Source: Blastocatellia bacterium (lineage in GTDB: Bacteria > Acidobacteriota > Blastocatellia > UBA7656). From it: a stretch of DNA of 64,000 nt. The position numbers and the translations under genes were made by a program. Numbering within the stretch: position 1 is the first letter of the stretch; every line of letters starts with the position of its first letter. Shown here piece by piece: positions 1 to 10,900 of the stretch. The notes beneath the pieces were generated by a model. That model was not told where the DNA came from. It did no database searches and saw nothing but the letters and a program-made list of their open reading frames with translations. The stretch spans positions 5,444-69,443 of the forward strand of contig DASUNP010000110.1 of assembly GCA_036277095.1 (NCBI GenBank), in the 5' to 3' direction.

Positions 1-411
1 CAGGTGCCGCTGTTTCCGAGCCGGGCGATGGCGATGGTTTCGAGTCTCTTTGGATTGCTAGCGGTGGGGCTGACGGCGTTAGGACTTTACGGAATCCTCT
101 CTTACTCAGTCAGCCAGCGCAAGCGGGAAGTCGGCATACGAATGGCGCTGGGCGCGCAGGCGGCGGACATCTTCAAACTGATCATCCGGCAAGGGCTGAC
201 GATCACGCTGATCGGAATAGGCATCGGGCTGATCGGCTCGCTGGCGCTCACGCGCTTTTTGTCGAGCTTGCTGTTTGGCATCAGCCCGACCGACCCGTTG
301 ACGTTCGCCGTCATAGCCGTATCGCTGCTGGGAGTGGCTCTGGTGGCCTGTTTCGTGCCCGCGCGCCGCGCCACGAAAGTTGATCCGATGATAGCGCTCA
401 GGCACGAATGA
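1..411 (+). CDS. ADOP-type double-FtsX permease, C-terminal fragment (gene starts upstream of the window)
   Basis: Frame continuous from position 1. Ends with the family-typical second FtsX C-terminus ...[16 protein letters not shown]...[19 protein letters not shown] followed by a stop at 409-411. Same C-terminal architecture as the complete paralogs downstream. Confidence 0.85.
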   Translation, partial: QVPLFPSRAMAMVSSLFGLLAVGLTALGLYGILSYSVSQRKREVGIRMALGAQAADIFKLIIRQGLTITLIGIGIGLIGSLALTRFLSSLLFGISPTDPLTFAVIAVSLLGVALVACFVPARRATKVDPMIALRHE

Positions 412-424
412 CAAAGGACAGATT

Positions 425-2854
425 ATGGAATCACTCTTACAAGATTTGCGATACGGCGTACGAATGCTCTTGAAGAAGCCCGGCTTCACATTGATCGCGA
501 TCACGACGCTCGCGCTCGGGATAGGCGCGACGACGGCCATCTTCAGCGTAGTCAATGCGGTGCTGCTTCGCCCGCTGCCGTATAGTGATGCCGACCGTAT
601 TGTCGCCATCCAGGAACTCGACAAAGAAGGCAGGCGCAGACAGGTCACGCCCACCAACTTTTTAGACTGGCGGGAACAGAATACTGTCTTCGAGCACCTG
701 GCGGCGATCTTCGTGCGCACCTCAAACCTGGCCGGTGGCGACGAGGCCGAGCGCGTCAGCCTCGCCGTAACTTCGGCGAACTTCTTCGACGTGTTCGGCG
801 TCCGCCCGCTGCACGGGCGACTCTTCCTCGCGGAAGACGAACTGGCGGGTCACCCCCTGGTTGCCGTCATCTCTCACGCGCTGTGGCAGCGCCGTGCGGG
901 CGGCGACCCTGAGATCGTCGGCAAGACGATCACGCTCGATGGCAGAAGCTACACCGTCATAGGCGTCGCGCCTGAAGGTTTTCAGTACCCGGATAAGACG
1001 GAGGTCTGGCTGCCGCCGCTCAGACTCGCGCCCGAACCGAACGAATCGGTCGACGTCACGCGGCTGCGCGGCTTTGGGTATTTGAGCGCCGTAGCCCTGT
1101 TAAAACCCGGCGTTCCGCTTGAGCAGGCCGCCGCAGAGATGGAGACCATAACCGCTCGCTTGCGCGAGCAGTACCCGGAATCCAACAACACACGTTTCAA
1201 CAGAGTCGTCTCGCTACACACACACCTGGTCGGCGACACCAGCACGGTGTTGTGGCTGCTGCTGGCCTCGGTATGTTTCCTGTTGCTGATCGCCTGCGCC
1301 AACGTCGCGAACCTGATGCTGGTGCGCGCGGCGGGGAGGCAAAACGAGATTGCCATCCGCACGGCGCTCGGCGCGTCACGCCCGCGCATCCTTAGACAAC
1401 TGCTCACCGAAAGCGTAACGCTCTCGCTCGCGGGGGGCGCCGCAGGGTTGCTCCTCGGCTGGTGGGGCGTCGATCTGCTGACGAGGCTTCTGCCGAAAGA
1501 TTTTCCTCGGTTCGACGACATCCATTTAGACCTGTCGGTCCTGGGGTTCACGGCCCTTGTATCATTGGTTACGGGGATCGTCTTCGGTTTTGCCCCGGCC
1601 TGGCAGGTCTCGAAAACAGACGTCCACGAATCGCTGAAGGAGAATGCGCGTGGCGCTATCGGCGCTCGCAACCGCCTCCGCAGCCTCTTCGTCGTAGCCG
1701 AAGTCGCGCTCTCGCTCATCCTTCTCGTAGGCGCGGGGCTGCTCTTCCGCAGTTTTCTCGAACTACAATCGGTCAGAGCAGGCTTCGACCCGCAACAGGT
1801 GCTCACCTTCAGGCTGAGCCCGTCGGGAACGAACTTCAGACAGGACGAGCAGTACATAGCGTTTTACCGGCAGGTGGCCGAACGCCTGACCGCGATACCG
1901 GGCGTGGAAACGGCAGGCGCGATTGATACGCTGCCTCTGGGTAAAGGGCCGACCACGGGCTTCTGGGTCGAGGGCCGCCCGCAACTCCCGCGCGACCAGT
2001 GGTCGCCCGTGAACTACCGCAGCGTCACCCCCGATTACTTCCGCGCCCTGCGCATACCCGTCGCCCAGGGTCGCGGGCTCGACGAGCGCGATAACACTTC
2101 GGCCCCGCTCGCCGTCCTCATCAACCAGGCCACGGCCGAGCGCGATTTCGCGGGCGAAAACCCCGTAGGCCAGCGCATCAACCTCGGCGGCAGGGACAGT
2201 AACAATCAGCCGATCTGGTTTGAGATCGTCGGCGTCGTGGCGAACGTCCGCAGCATTGAGCTGAACACAGAGCCCGCGCCGGAGATTTACACAGCGGCCT
2301 TTCAAGACGCTTTCCCCAGCATGTCTTTCGCCCTACGCACGTCGATCGAGCCGGAGGGGCTGACGGCGGCCGTGCGGCAGGCCGTGCAGAGCGTCGATAA
2401 GGCGCAACCGGTGTCGGATGTGCGCACGATGGAAAAAATCGTGAGCGACGCCGTGACTCAACCGCGCTTCAACCTCGCCTTGCTGGCCGTCTTCAGCGGC
2501 ATCGCGCTGATCTTATCGGCGGCGGGGATTTACGGTGTGACATCTTACACCGTCTCGCAGCGGACGCATGAGATAGGAATACGGATGGCGCTGGGCGCGC
2601 AGGCCCGCGACGTGTTGAAGATGATCCTGGGGCAGGGGCTGCGGCTGATCGCAGTCGGCATCATTTCCGGGTTGCTCGCGTCGTTTCTCCTGACGCGTTT
2701 CTTGGCGACTCTCTTGTTCGGCGTCAGCGCGACCGACACGTTCACCTTCATCGGCGTCGCGCTGATTCTGACGGGAGTGGCTCTGGGAGCCTGTTTCGTG
2801 CCCGCCCGCCGGGCGGCGAAAGTGGACCCTATGGAAGCGCTCAGGTACGAATGA
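425..2854 (+). CDS. ADOP-type duplicated permease (MacB-like periplasmic domain + FtsX, twice; predicted 8 TM)
   Basis: 809 aa ORF. N-terminus MESLLQDLRYGVRMLLKKPGFT followed by TM1. First FtsX block [31 protein letters not shown]. Second FtsX block [17 protein letters not shown] and C-terminus KVDPMEALRYE. SD-like AAGGACA sits 6 nt upstream of the ATG. Confidence 0.9.
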   Translation: MESLLQDLRYGVRMLLKKPGFTLIAITTLALGIGATTAIFSVVNAVLLRPLPYSDADRIVAIQELDKEGRRRQVTPTNFLDWREQNTVFEHLAAIFVRTSNLAGGDEAERVSLAVTSANFFDVFGVRPLHGRLFLAEDELAGHPLVAVISHALWQRRAGGDPEIVGKTITLDGRSYTVIGVAPEGFQYPDKTEVWLPPLRLAPEPNESVDVTRLRGFGYLSAVALLKPGVPLEQAAAEMETITARLREQYPESNNTRFNRVVSLHTHLVGDTSTVLWLLLASVCFLLLIACANVANLMLVRAAGRQNEIAIRTALGASRPRILRQLLTESVTLSLAGGAAGLLLGWWGVDLLTRLLPKDFPRFDDIHLDLSVLGFTALVSLVTGIVFGFAPAWQVSKTDVHESLKENARGAIGARNRLRSLFVVAEVALSLILLVGAGLLFRSFLELQSVRAGFDPQQVLTFRLSPSGTNFRQDEQYIAFYRQVAERLTAIPGVETAGAIDTLPLGKGPTTGFWVEGRPQLPRDQWSPVNYRSVTPDYFRALRIPVAQGRGLDERDNTSAPLAVLINQATAERDFAGENPVGQRINLGGRDSNNQPIWFEIVGVVANVRSIELNTEPAPEIYTAAFQDAFPSMSFALRTSIEPEGLTAAVRQAVQSVDKAQPVSDVRTMEKIVSDAVTQPRFNLALLAVFSGIALILSAAGIYGVTSYTVSQRTHEIGIRMALGAQARDVLKMILGQGLRLIAVGIISGLLASFLLTRFLATLLFGVSATDTFTFIGVALILTGVALGACFVPARRAAKVDPMEALRYE

Positions 2855-2897
2855 TTTCAAATTTGAAACTTCAAATCTCAAATTAATGGAGTGCCAG
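2855..2897 (+). repeat. AT-rich heptamer junction (TTTCAAA/TTTGAAA/CTTCAAA/TCTCAAA)
   Basis: tttcaaa|tttgaaa|cttcaaa|tctcaaa|ttaatgg. TTTCAAATTTGAAA is a perfect palindrome. Confidence 0.7.
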
Positions 2898-5414
2898 ATG
2901 GAGAGACTCTTACAAGATTTGCGGTATGGCGCGCGGATGTTAGTCAAGAGGCCCGGTTTCACGTTGATAGCCATCATCACGCTCGCACTCGGGATCGGGG
3001 CGAACACGGCGATCTTCAGCATGATAAACGCTACGTTGCTGCGCCAATTGCCTGTCGCCGAGCCAGAAGAGCTGCTCTTCGTATTTACGGGGAACCCCGG
3101 CGACCCATTCAACGTGTCGTCTTACCCGGATTACGTTGAACTGCGCGATCAGAATCAAGTCTTCATAGGGATGGCTTGCTCCGGCGGCATCACGGCCAGC
3201 CTCAACAGCGATGACCAGGCGCAGGCAGAGCCGATCTCAGGGTTGATCGTCTCGGGCAATTATTTCGAGTTGCTCGGCGTCAGGGCCGACGTTGGACGCA
3301 CCTTCGCGCCCGATGAAGATCAGACGCCGGGCGCGCGCGCCGTCGTCGTCATCAGCAACAGACTGTGGCAGTCGCGCTTTGACAGCAGGCCCGACATCAA
3401 CGGGCTTCAAATAAAATTGAACGGCCATAGCTTCACCATCATCGGAGTCGCCCCCGCAGGTTTCAACGGCACTGAAACGAATATTACCCGCGACATCTAC
3501 GTGCCGATGATGATGCAGGCCGTCGTGCGCCCGCCGCGCGGGGGCTATTCGGGCGAGATGAACCCCGACCTGCTCAAAGTGCGCGGCAATCGCTGGCTGC
3601 GCATGATCGCGCGACTAAAGCCCGGCCTGTCGCGAGACGAGGCGCAGGCCGAAATGGCCGTCATCACCAGCCAGCAGGCCGAGGCTTATCCGGATACCAA
3701 TAGAAACCGCATCGCCACGCTCACGCCGCTCTCGGAGGGCGATCCTCAACAGCGCGGACAATTAATCTCGGCCGCAGGGTTATCGCTTGGCGTCGTCGCA
3801 ATAGTGCTGTTGATAGCCTGCGCCAATGTGGCGAATCTTCTGCTCGCGCGCGCCTCATCGCGTCAAAAAGAGATAGCCGTGCGGCTCGCATTGGGCGCGA
3901 GCCGCTGGCGGTTGGTGCGACAGTTATTGACCGAAAGCGTATTGCTGGCCGTGTGCGGCGGTCTGATAGGCTCGCTTCTGGCCTGGTGGCTAATCGACAT
4001 CTGGAAGGCGAGCCCGCCCCCGCCCGGCGCGCTGCCGATCAACCCGGATTTCAATCTGGATGGGCGCGTGCTCTTATTCACCTTACTGCTTTCGCTGTTG
4101 ACGGGAATCGTCTTCGGCCTAGCGCCCGCGCTCGCGGCTTCTCGGCCCGACCTAGTGCGAGCCTTGAAAGATGACGCGCGCGCGTCGGACCCGCAACGCG
4201 CTCTCAACCTGCGCGGCGCGCTTGTGATAGCGCAGGTCGCATTGTCGCTGGTGCTGCTTATCAGCGGCGGGCTGTTTTTGCGCAGCCTTTGGCGCGCGCA
4301 ACAGATTGAGCCCGGCTTTGATGCCGAGAGGATTCTGACCGCGCCGCTTACGGTCAATCTCCTGCGTTACACGAGCGCGCAGGGGCGCGAGTTTTACCGC
4401 CAAGTAGTCGAGCGCGTCAGCGCGTTGCCGGGCGTGGAATCGGCAAGCCTTGCGCGCACGATCGCGCTCGGCGGCGGAAGCTCTGTGCGCGGTCTGCTGA
4501 TCGAGGGCCGCCAATCGCCCGACAATGATCTGCGTAGCGAGACGACAGCGGGCGGCACGGCGTTCGACAACCCGAACGTCATTAACGTGAACACAGTCGG
4601 CCTGAGCTATTTTCAGACCTTGGGCATAGGGCTGATGCGGGGTCGCGATTTTAATGAGCAAGACACAGCAGACAGGCCGGGCGTCGTTATCGTCAACGAG
4701 ACTTTCGTCAAGCGCCATTTCCCGGGCGAAGAGGTGCTGGGCAAGCGCCTGAGCATGCGCGGGCAGCGCGGCCCCTGGCTTGAGATTGTCGGCATCGTGC
4801 GCGACAGCAAATACGTGACGCTCGGCGAGCGCGCGATACCTTTCGCTTACTTGCCCCTTTCGCAAAATCACGAGACAGGCATGGTGCTGCACGTCCGAAC
4901 AAGCGGCGACCCTTCCAGCCTTGTGAGCGCAGTGCGAAGCGAGATTCAATCGCTCGACCGCAATCTGCCTGTTCCCGGCGTAGGCCCTATGACCGAATTG
5001 CTCACCGCATCGCTCTACCCGGCAAGGATGGGCGCGGTATTGCTGGGCGCGAGCGGTCTGCTGGCATTGCTGCTGGCGGCCGTAGGATTGTACGGCGTGA
5101 TGTCATTTTCAATAGCGCGCCGCACTCGCGAAATCGGCGTGAGGATGGCGCTCGGCGCGCAACACAGGGACGTGGTTCGGATGGTGCTGAAGGAGGGGAT
5201 GGCGCTTGTCGGCCTGGGCGTCGCGCTAGGGGTGCTCGGCGCAGTTGCCGCGACGCGCCTGCTGGCGAGCTATCTTTACGATGTCAGCACGCTCGACGTT
5301 ACGACGTTTGCAGCGATACCCGTGGGGCTGGCGGTCGTAGCATTGCTGGCCTGTTACATCCCCGCGCATCGGGCTACACGCGTAGACCCGATGGTCGCGC
5401 TCAGATACGAATGA
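2898..5414 (+). CDS. ADOP-type duplicated permease
   Basis: Same architecture (MERLLQDLRYGARMLVKRPGFT ... [31 protein letters not shown] ... RRTREIGVRMALGAQ ... [10 protein letters not shown]). ATG at 2898 preferred over in-frame 2886 because GGAG lies 6 nt upstream and it aligns with the paralog N-termini. Confidence 0.9.
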   Translation: MERLLQDLRYGARMLVKRPGFTLIAIITLALGIGANTAIFSMINATLLRQLPVAEPEELLFVFTGNPGDPFNVSSYPDYVELRDQNQVFIGMACSGGITASLNSDDQAQAEPISGLIVSGNYFELLGVRADVGRTFAPDEDQTPGARAVVVISNRLWQSRFDSRPDINGLQIKLNGHSFTIIGVAPAGFNGTETNITRDIYVPMMMQAVVRPPRGGYSGEMNPDLLKVRGNRWLRMIARLKPGLSRDEAQAEMAVITSQQAEAYPDTNRNRIATLTPLSEGDPQQRGQLISAAGLSLGVVAIVLLIACANVANLLLARASSRQKEIAVRLALGASRWRLVRQLLTESVLLAVCGGLIGSLLAWWLIDIWKASPPPPGALPINPDFNLDGRVLLFTLLLSLLTGIVFGLAPALAASRPDLVRALKDDARASDPQRALNLRGALVIAQVALSLVLLISGGLFLRSLWRAQQIEPGFDAERILTAPLTVNLLRYTSAQGREFYRQVVERVSALPGVESASLARTIALGGGSSVRGLLIEGRQSPDNDLRSETTAGGTAFDNPNVINVNTVGLSYFQTLGIGLMRGRDFNEQDTADRPGVVIVNETFVKRHFPGEEVLGKRLSMRGQRGPWLEIVGIVRDSKYVTLGERAIPFAYLPLSQNHETGMVLHVRTSGDPSSLVSAVRSEIQSLDRNLPVPGVGPMTELLTASLYPARMGAVLLGASGLLALLLAAVGLYGVMSFSIARRTREIGVRMALGAQHRDVVRMVLKEGMALVGLGVALGVLGAVAATRLLASYLYDVSTLDVTTFAAIPVGLAVVALLACYIPAHRATRVDPMVALRYE

Positions 5415-5555
5415 CAGGGGTCGGGGGTCAGGGGTCAGGGGTCAGGGAAGAGGTTATCTGAAATATCAAATTTGTATGGCGGATGATGCGCTTGCGCGCG
5501 CCGCGATTACAAATCCCTGATCCCTGGCCCCCGACCCCCGACCCCTGGAGAGATT
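5415..5555 (+). repeat. Type-A junction element: phased heptamer array (CAGGGGT)x5 - AT/GC core - (ATCCCTG/ACCCCCG/ACCCCTG)x5, forming a ~33-bp imperfect inverted repeat; G-quadruplex-capable G-run arm
   Basis: Read directly: caggggt|cgggggt|caggggt|caggggt|cagggaa ... atccctg|atccctg|gcccccg|acccccg|acccctg|gagagat|tATG. The 7-nt phase is kept across all 141 nt. The right arm contains the SD of the next gene. Confidence 0.8.
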
Positions 5556-7982
5556 ATGGACACACTCATACAAGATTTGCGATACGCGGTCCGTATGCTG
5601 ATCAAGAAACCTGCATTTACTGCCATCGCTATTATCACGCTCGCGCTCGGCGTCGGGGCGAATACGGCGATCTTTAGCGTGGTCAACTCTGTTCTGCTTG
5701 AGCCGCCTCCATACAATGAGCCAGACCGGCTGGTCTGGCTCTCTCATGAGGATTCGCTCACGCCCGCAGACTTTCTCGATTACCGCGAGCAGGCGCAGAC
5801 GTTCGAGCACATTGCCGCGTTCATAGGCTGGGGCGTCAACCTCACGGGCAAAAGTGAGCCCGAGCGTTTGGCGGGCGCGCTCGTCTCCCCGGGGTTCTTC
5901 TCCGTGCTCGGCGTGCCCGCGATGATCGGTCACACCTTCACACCAGAACAGGAGCAGGATGCTTCCGCCCGATTTGCGGTCTTGAGCCACGGGCTGTGGG
6001 AGCGCCGTTTCGGGGCTGACGCCGGTGTCGTCGGCAGCTCGCTTCTGCTCAACGGCGAGAGCTTCACAGTAGTCGGAGTCATGCCGCGCGATTTTCGACA
6101 CCCGAGCGGAAAGGCCGAAGTCTGGGGCTTGGCAAGGCGAGTTGTGCCGGAATTGCCTTTCCGCACTTCCGACGTTATGCAGAACCGTCATCTGCATTAC
6201 CTTCAAGTCATCGGGCGGTTGAAGCCCAATGTGGCGATCACCCAGGCCCAGGCGGAGGTCGATACGATAGCGCAACGGCTTGAGCAGCAATACCCGAACA
6301 CGAATAAGGATGAACGCCTCGCGCTCGTGACCGTTCAAGAGCACGTAGTCGGCGATCTGAAGCTGCCGCTTTTGATACTGCTCGGGGCCGTCGGGTTCGT
6401 GTTGTTGATCGCGTGCGCGAACGTCGCGAACCTGATGTTGGTGAGGGCGAGCGGGCGCCGCCGCGAGATAGCCATACGCACAGCCCTCGGGGCGCAGCGG
6501 GGGCGAATAATCCGGCAGCTTCTGACCGAGAGCATGTTGATGGCTCTCGTCGGCGGGGGCGTGGGGCTGTTGCTTGCGCTTTGGGGCACGGACCTGCTGA
6601 TCTCCGTCAGCCCCGGCGCTCTGCCTAGCTTGAGAGATATAAGCCTCGACTCTCGCGTGCTCGCCTTCACACTTCTCACGTCGCTTTTGACGGGAGCGAT
6701 CTTCGGCCTTGTCCCCGCGCTCCAGGCGTCAAAGCCCAACCTGAACGAATCGCTTAAGGAGGGGAGCCGCAGCGCGGGCGGAGCGGGCAGCGCGCGAGTT
6801 CGCAACTCGCTTGTCGTAATCGAGATAGCGCTGTCGCTCGTTCTGCTCGCGGGCGCGGGACTTCTGATAAACAGCTTCCTCAAGCTCGCAAACACCGACC
6901 CCGGCTTCAAGGCTGAAGGCGTGTTGACTATGCGGCTCAATCTTTCAGGCAGCAATTATCAAAAGCCCGAACAGCTAGCCGCGTTTTACACTCAACTGCT
7001 CGACAGAGTCGAGGCTCTGCCCGGGATCGAGCGTGTGGGAGCAATCGAAGTCGCCCCGGTATTTTCGCGCGGCGCTTTTTACAGCTTTATCATCGACGGG
7101 CAGCCCGCCCCGATGGGCGAGCAGCAACGCGATAACGCTTCGGGGTTTCACTCCGTAAGCCCCGATTATTTTAACGCGATGGGAACTCCCTTTTTGACGG
7201 GCCGCCAGTTCAACGAAGCCGACACGCGTGAATCCGCGCAGGTGGTGATTATCAACCAGGAGATGGCCGAGCGCTACTGGCCCGGCGAAAGCCCTATCGG
7301 CAAGCGCATCAGTTACGGGACCAACGCCGATAACCAGCCGTCGTGGGTAGAGATCGTGGGCGTAGTCGGAAACGTGCGCCACGTCGGGTTGGACACCGAT
7401 GTCGACCCCGAGGCTTACGTGCCTTACACGCAAGCGCCTTATCGCTATATGACAATTATGATCCGCACGGCGACCGATCCCGAAAGCGTTGTCGCGGCAG
7501 TGCGGAGCCAGGTGCAGGCCCTCGACCCGCAGCAGCCTGTTTATGATTTCAAACCCATGACAGAAGTGATCGCGGATTCGCTCGCCAAGCGGCGGCTGAG
7601 CATGTTGTTGATAGGCATATTCGCTGCGGTGGCGCTCTTGCTTGCCGCCGTAGGAATATATGGCGTGATGTCGTACGCCGTCACGGAGCGGACGCGCGAG
7701 ATAGGCATTCGCGTCGCGCTCGGCGCGCAGATGGGCGATGTCATGAGACTTGTCGTGGGGCAGGGAATGACGCTCGCGCTCATAGGCATTGGCGCGGGTC
7801 TGGTCGTGGCGTTCTTGCTGACGCGACTCATAGAGAGCTTGCTTTACAAAGTGAGCACAACAGACCCGGCAACCTTCGTCGCGATCACTCTATTGCTCTT
7901 TGCAGTTGCATTCGTGGCGAGTTACATCCCCGCGCGTCGAGCGATGAGAGTCGACCCGATGGTCGCGTTGCGTTACGAATGA
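5556..7982 (+). CDS. ADOP-type duplicated permease
   Basis: 808 aa. MDTLIQDLRYAVRMLIKKPAFT ... [31 protein letters not shown] ... [16 protein letters not shown] ... [18 protein letters not shown] upstream. Its 3-prime end overlaps the convergent STAND gene by 10 nt. Confidence 0.9.
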   Translation: MDTLIQDLRYAVRMLIKKPAFTAIAIITLALGVGANTAIFSVVNSVLLEPPPYNEPDRLVWLSHEDSLTPADFLDYREQAQTFEHIAAFIGWGVNLTGKSEPERLAGALVSPGFFSVLGVPAMIGHTFTPEQEQDASARFAVLSHGLWERRFGADAGVVGSSLLLNGESFTVVGVMPRDFRHPSGKAEVWGLARRVVPELPFRTSDVMQNRHLHYLQVIGRLKPNVAITQAQAEVDTIAQRLEQQYPNTNKDERLALVTVQEHVVGDLKLPLLILLGAVGFVLLIACANVANLMLVRASGRRREIAIRTALGAQRGRIIRQLLTESMLMALVGGGVGLLLALWGTDLLISVSPGALPSLRDISLDSRVLAFTLLTSLLTGAIFGLVPALQASKPNLNESLKEGSRSAGGAGSARVRNSLVVIEIALSLVLLAGAGLLINSFLKLANTDPGFKAEGVLTMRLNLSGSNYQKPEQLAAFYTQLLDRVEALPGIERVGAIEVAPVFSRGAFYSFIIDGQPAPMGEQQRDNASGFHSVSPDYFNAMGTPFLTGRQFNEADTRESAQVVIINQEMAERYWPGESPIGKRISYGTNADNQPSWVEIVGVVGNVRHVGLDTDVDPEAYVPYTQAPYRYMTIMIRTATDPESVVAAVRSQVQALDPQQPVYDFKPMTEVIADSLAKRRLSMLLIGIFAAVALLLAAVGIYGVMSYAVTERTREIGIRVALGAQMGDVMRLVVGQGMTLALIGIGAGLVVAFLLTRLIESLLYKVSTTDPATFVAITLLLFAVAFVASYIPARRAMRVDPMVALRYE

Positions 7983-10900
7983 TCGTCAGTGGTGATTTCT
8001 AAACCTAGTTGCCGGGCAATCTCTTTTACTTCCTTATTGCGCCTGCCGTAGCCCATGCGCTCGATCATCTCTTTGGCAATTTTCCAATGCTCGCGAGCTT
8101 TGTCCCGATTGCCCTGCGCCAGATGCAGCCGTGCATATTCCAGATGACAATTAGCGAGATGCAAACCCATCCCGCTACGTGTGGCTATGCGAAGCACTTC
8201 AGTTAGATCGCGCTCGGCCAGCCCGTAATCACCATTAACCCGATGCAACTCCGCGCGCGTCAGCAGCCCGCGCGGTAAATGATGCGTTGTGCCTGCTTGT
8301 CGCAGTCCGTCCACGGCGCGTTGCAAAAACTCCGCCGCCTGTGTGGTATCACCCCTGCCCGCCTGTTGCGCTCCTAGCAGCGATGCGCGCCCCATTGAGA
8401 GATTATCCAATGCGATTTCGAGCAGCCAGTTGTTGCGTCTGGCAATCTCAAGCGTGTAGGCAGCGCGTTCTTTCACATCCTGTATCTGGCCCTGATTGAG
8501 CAGCAGATCGCAGTACTGAAATCCCCTCAATGAATAGAGGAACCTGTGTGCAGGCTGCCCTTGCTTTTCCATCTCTTCGGCCTCACGAAAGGCAATGACA
8601 GCTTCCTCTGTATGCCCCGCCTGATACAACGCATCGGCGAAGGCTGCTCTACTGATCATTCGTGGAAACTCGTCACCGCTGCGATCCGCCAGATCCACGC
8701 TCTGCTGGGCGAAGACGAGCGCCTGCGGCAGGTCGCCAATAGTCACGTAGAGTTCGCTGAGGTTGAGGGCATTGATAGCAGCATTTTCCCAATTCTCGCT
8801 TGCGATCCGCGCTTCCAACCCTGCCTGCATCGGCTGTGCCGCTTCCTCCAATCGTCCCAACGCTCGCAAATTAAAGCCAGCTTCACTCAGCACAAACGCT
8901 CTATAAGCATCCGAGAATCCTGCTACGGGTTGTTCCCATAGTATTTCAAAGAAGCTGGACAGTGTCGCCAAATCAGCGCCAAATGCGCCGAGCTTATGAA
9001 TACTAAATGCTTCTCTCCCTCTCCGAATCCGCCGCGAAAAGACCTCACCCGATGCTTCCTGATGTCTGCCCGCTGCGCAGCCATGCAAGACGGCTGCGAA
9101 CAGAGGCGACATCTCTTCCACCGTGTCAGGAAATTCTTTCGTTGTGCGCTTGAGGTGTTCGTAGAGCCGATTGTTCGCTTCCCGCCATGCGTCAGGGCGC
9201 TCGCGTTTGAGTTGTTGTTTGAAATACTCGCGCACCAGCGGATGAGCGTCCAGTGTGTCAGGCTCATTAATCAATTCTGCGCCCAGCAGCTTGATTCGGC
9301 GCAGATTTGCCAATGCCTCTTGCCATTTCACTTTACTCACATCCTGCAGCGCTTCGGTCAGACCCAGAATAGCGGGGGCCGCGCGCAAGGCAGCGATGCT
9401 TGCTGCGTCGGCGGGACGATCAAACAGCCCCATCATACGCAGCACCGCAAGTTCTACGCCTTCGCCCAGCCACTTCTCATAGGCAGCAATCATCTTTTGT
9501 GCCTTGTCGCCGGGCTGCCTGACATCAAACAGATTCTCAATCTCTCTGCGCCGCCGGATGTCTCCGCGCAACACCACATCCAGATAACTGCCCAACAGGG
9601 TCAGCGAGAAAGCGTGTCCGTTGAACTCTATTGCTGCCTCTTCCAATTCCTCTTCATCACCTTTGACATTCAGCGCACGCAAAACCTGTGCGCCTGCTTG
9701 CGGCGACAACTGGTCGAGGTCATGTTGTATGACCGTACTGTTTTCAAATTCAACCAGATCGCTCACTCGTTCGCGCGTCGAGATTACACACAACCCCGGT
9801 TGATGCGCCGCCAACTCGCGCAAAAGCGCCTGCAACGCCGCATCCTTCAACAATCCTCCTTGCGCGCCCGGCGGATGTTGCAGCGGTTCGAGTCCGTCGA
9901 GAATCAGCAGCGTGCGAGTCTGTCGAATAAGCCGCGCAAGCCTCTCGCCTTTGTCCCACGGCGTGCCTTGCGTCGGGTCATTGTCGCCAAAGTCTCGTAG
10001 CGCAGCGTAAATAAATTCATCGGCAGATGTCGCTTGCTCGTTCGTGCCCTGAGAGTAAAACGACCAGCTATAGACGCGCTCCGCGCCGCGATAGTTGTCG
10101 CGGGCCATGCGTTGTTTCACCCAATGATTGACCAGCGCGGTTTTGCCTACGCCGCCCCAGGCGACGAAAGCAATGATGTTGGTATTCGGATTCGCCCACG
10201 AGTCGTCGAGGAGTTGCAATTCTGCGTCGCGGCCAAAAAGGTCAGGCCCGCTCGTCGGCAAACGTGATATGGAGATCATGTCAGGCTCTAGCGATGGAGG
10301 TTTTTGCGGTTGAGATTCGATTGCAGTGTCAGTAGATGACCTTGATTGCGGGCCTGCCAACAACCCCGATGCCACCATTTCAAGCACGAATTCGGCGGCA
10401 TTTTCAGAAGCGATCTTTTGTCTCTGTTTTTTGCGGACGCCTTTTTTCCCATCAGCCCAATCGCAGATTGCTTTAATGAGTATCCAATTGACTTTGCTTT
10501 TGCTTTGCTCGCAGGCGATGTACAACCCTCCGCCTTCCATCTCTCCGCCAATCGCTTCTTCCGATAAGGCCAGCAGTTCATCCCGATAATCAATATTGTC
10601 AATCAACTTCTGCCCTGAAAGCACTACCCCGAAATCTACACCTGCTTTCTTCCAGCGCAGCCGAATCGTCCGAAAACGATCAAGCAGCTTTTCTGAGCAG
10701 TGCGGCTTGTCTCCCCGTAGGATGATTTTAGTTGCGCCTGCTTCTGTCGTCGCTACACGCTGAAGTTCATAAGGTTGAAGCTGCAATGAGACGAGGACAT
10801 CGCCAATCTTCTGCTTCTTAGGATTCACGCCAAAGGCGATTCCAACCAGGATGACATCGGATGGTTGCACCTCATCTATGGCATCTTTAACCGTCAGCAG

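Noticed and set aside
982-1857. Long antisense ORFs nested inside permease genes (e.g. 982..1857 -, 1763..2305 -, 4152..4949 -, 23285..24043 -, 34938..36155 -, 43256..44005 -)
   Set aside because: The high GC content produces long stop-free antisense frames. All are fully contained in strongly supported permease CDSs, and their products are low-complexity R/A/S-rich.
5415-5555. Possibility that the short tandem repeats are a CRISPR array
   Set aside because: The units are 7 nt with no spacers, are restricted to gene junctions, and no cas genes are present.
5483-5677. Short ORFs translating the heptamer junctions (5483..5677, 20092..20367, 25111..25377) giving PDPWPPTPDPW peptides
   Set aside because: They are translation of the C-rich repeat arm in another frame and overlap the real permease start.
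8996-10000. 334-aa + strand ORF inside the STAND gene
   Set aside because: Antisense to a CDS with clear NB-ARC motifs. The product is low-complexity with no recognisable motif.
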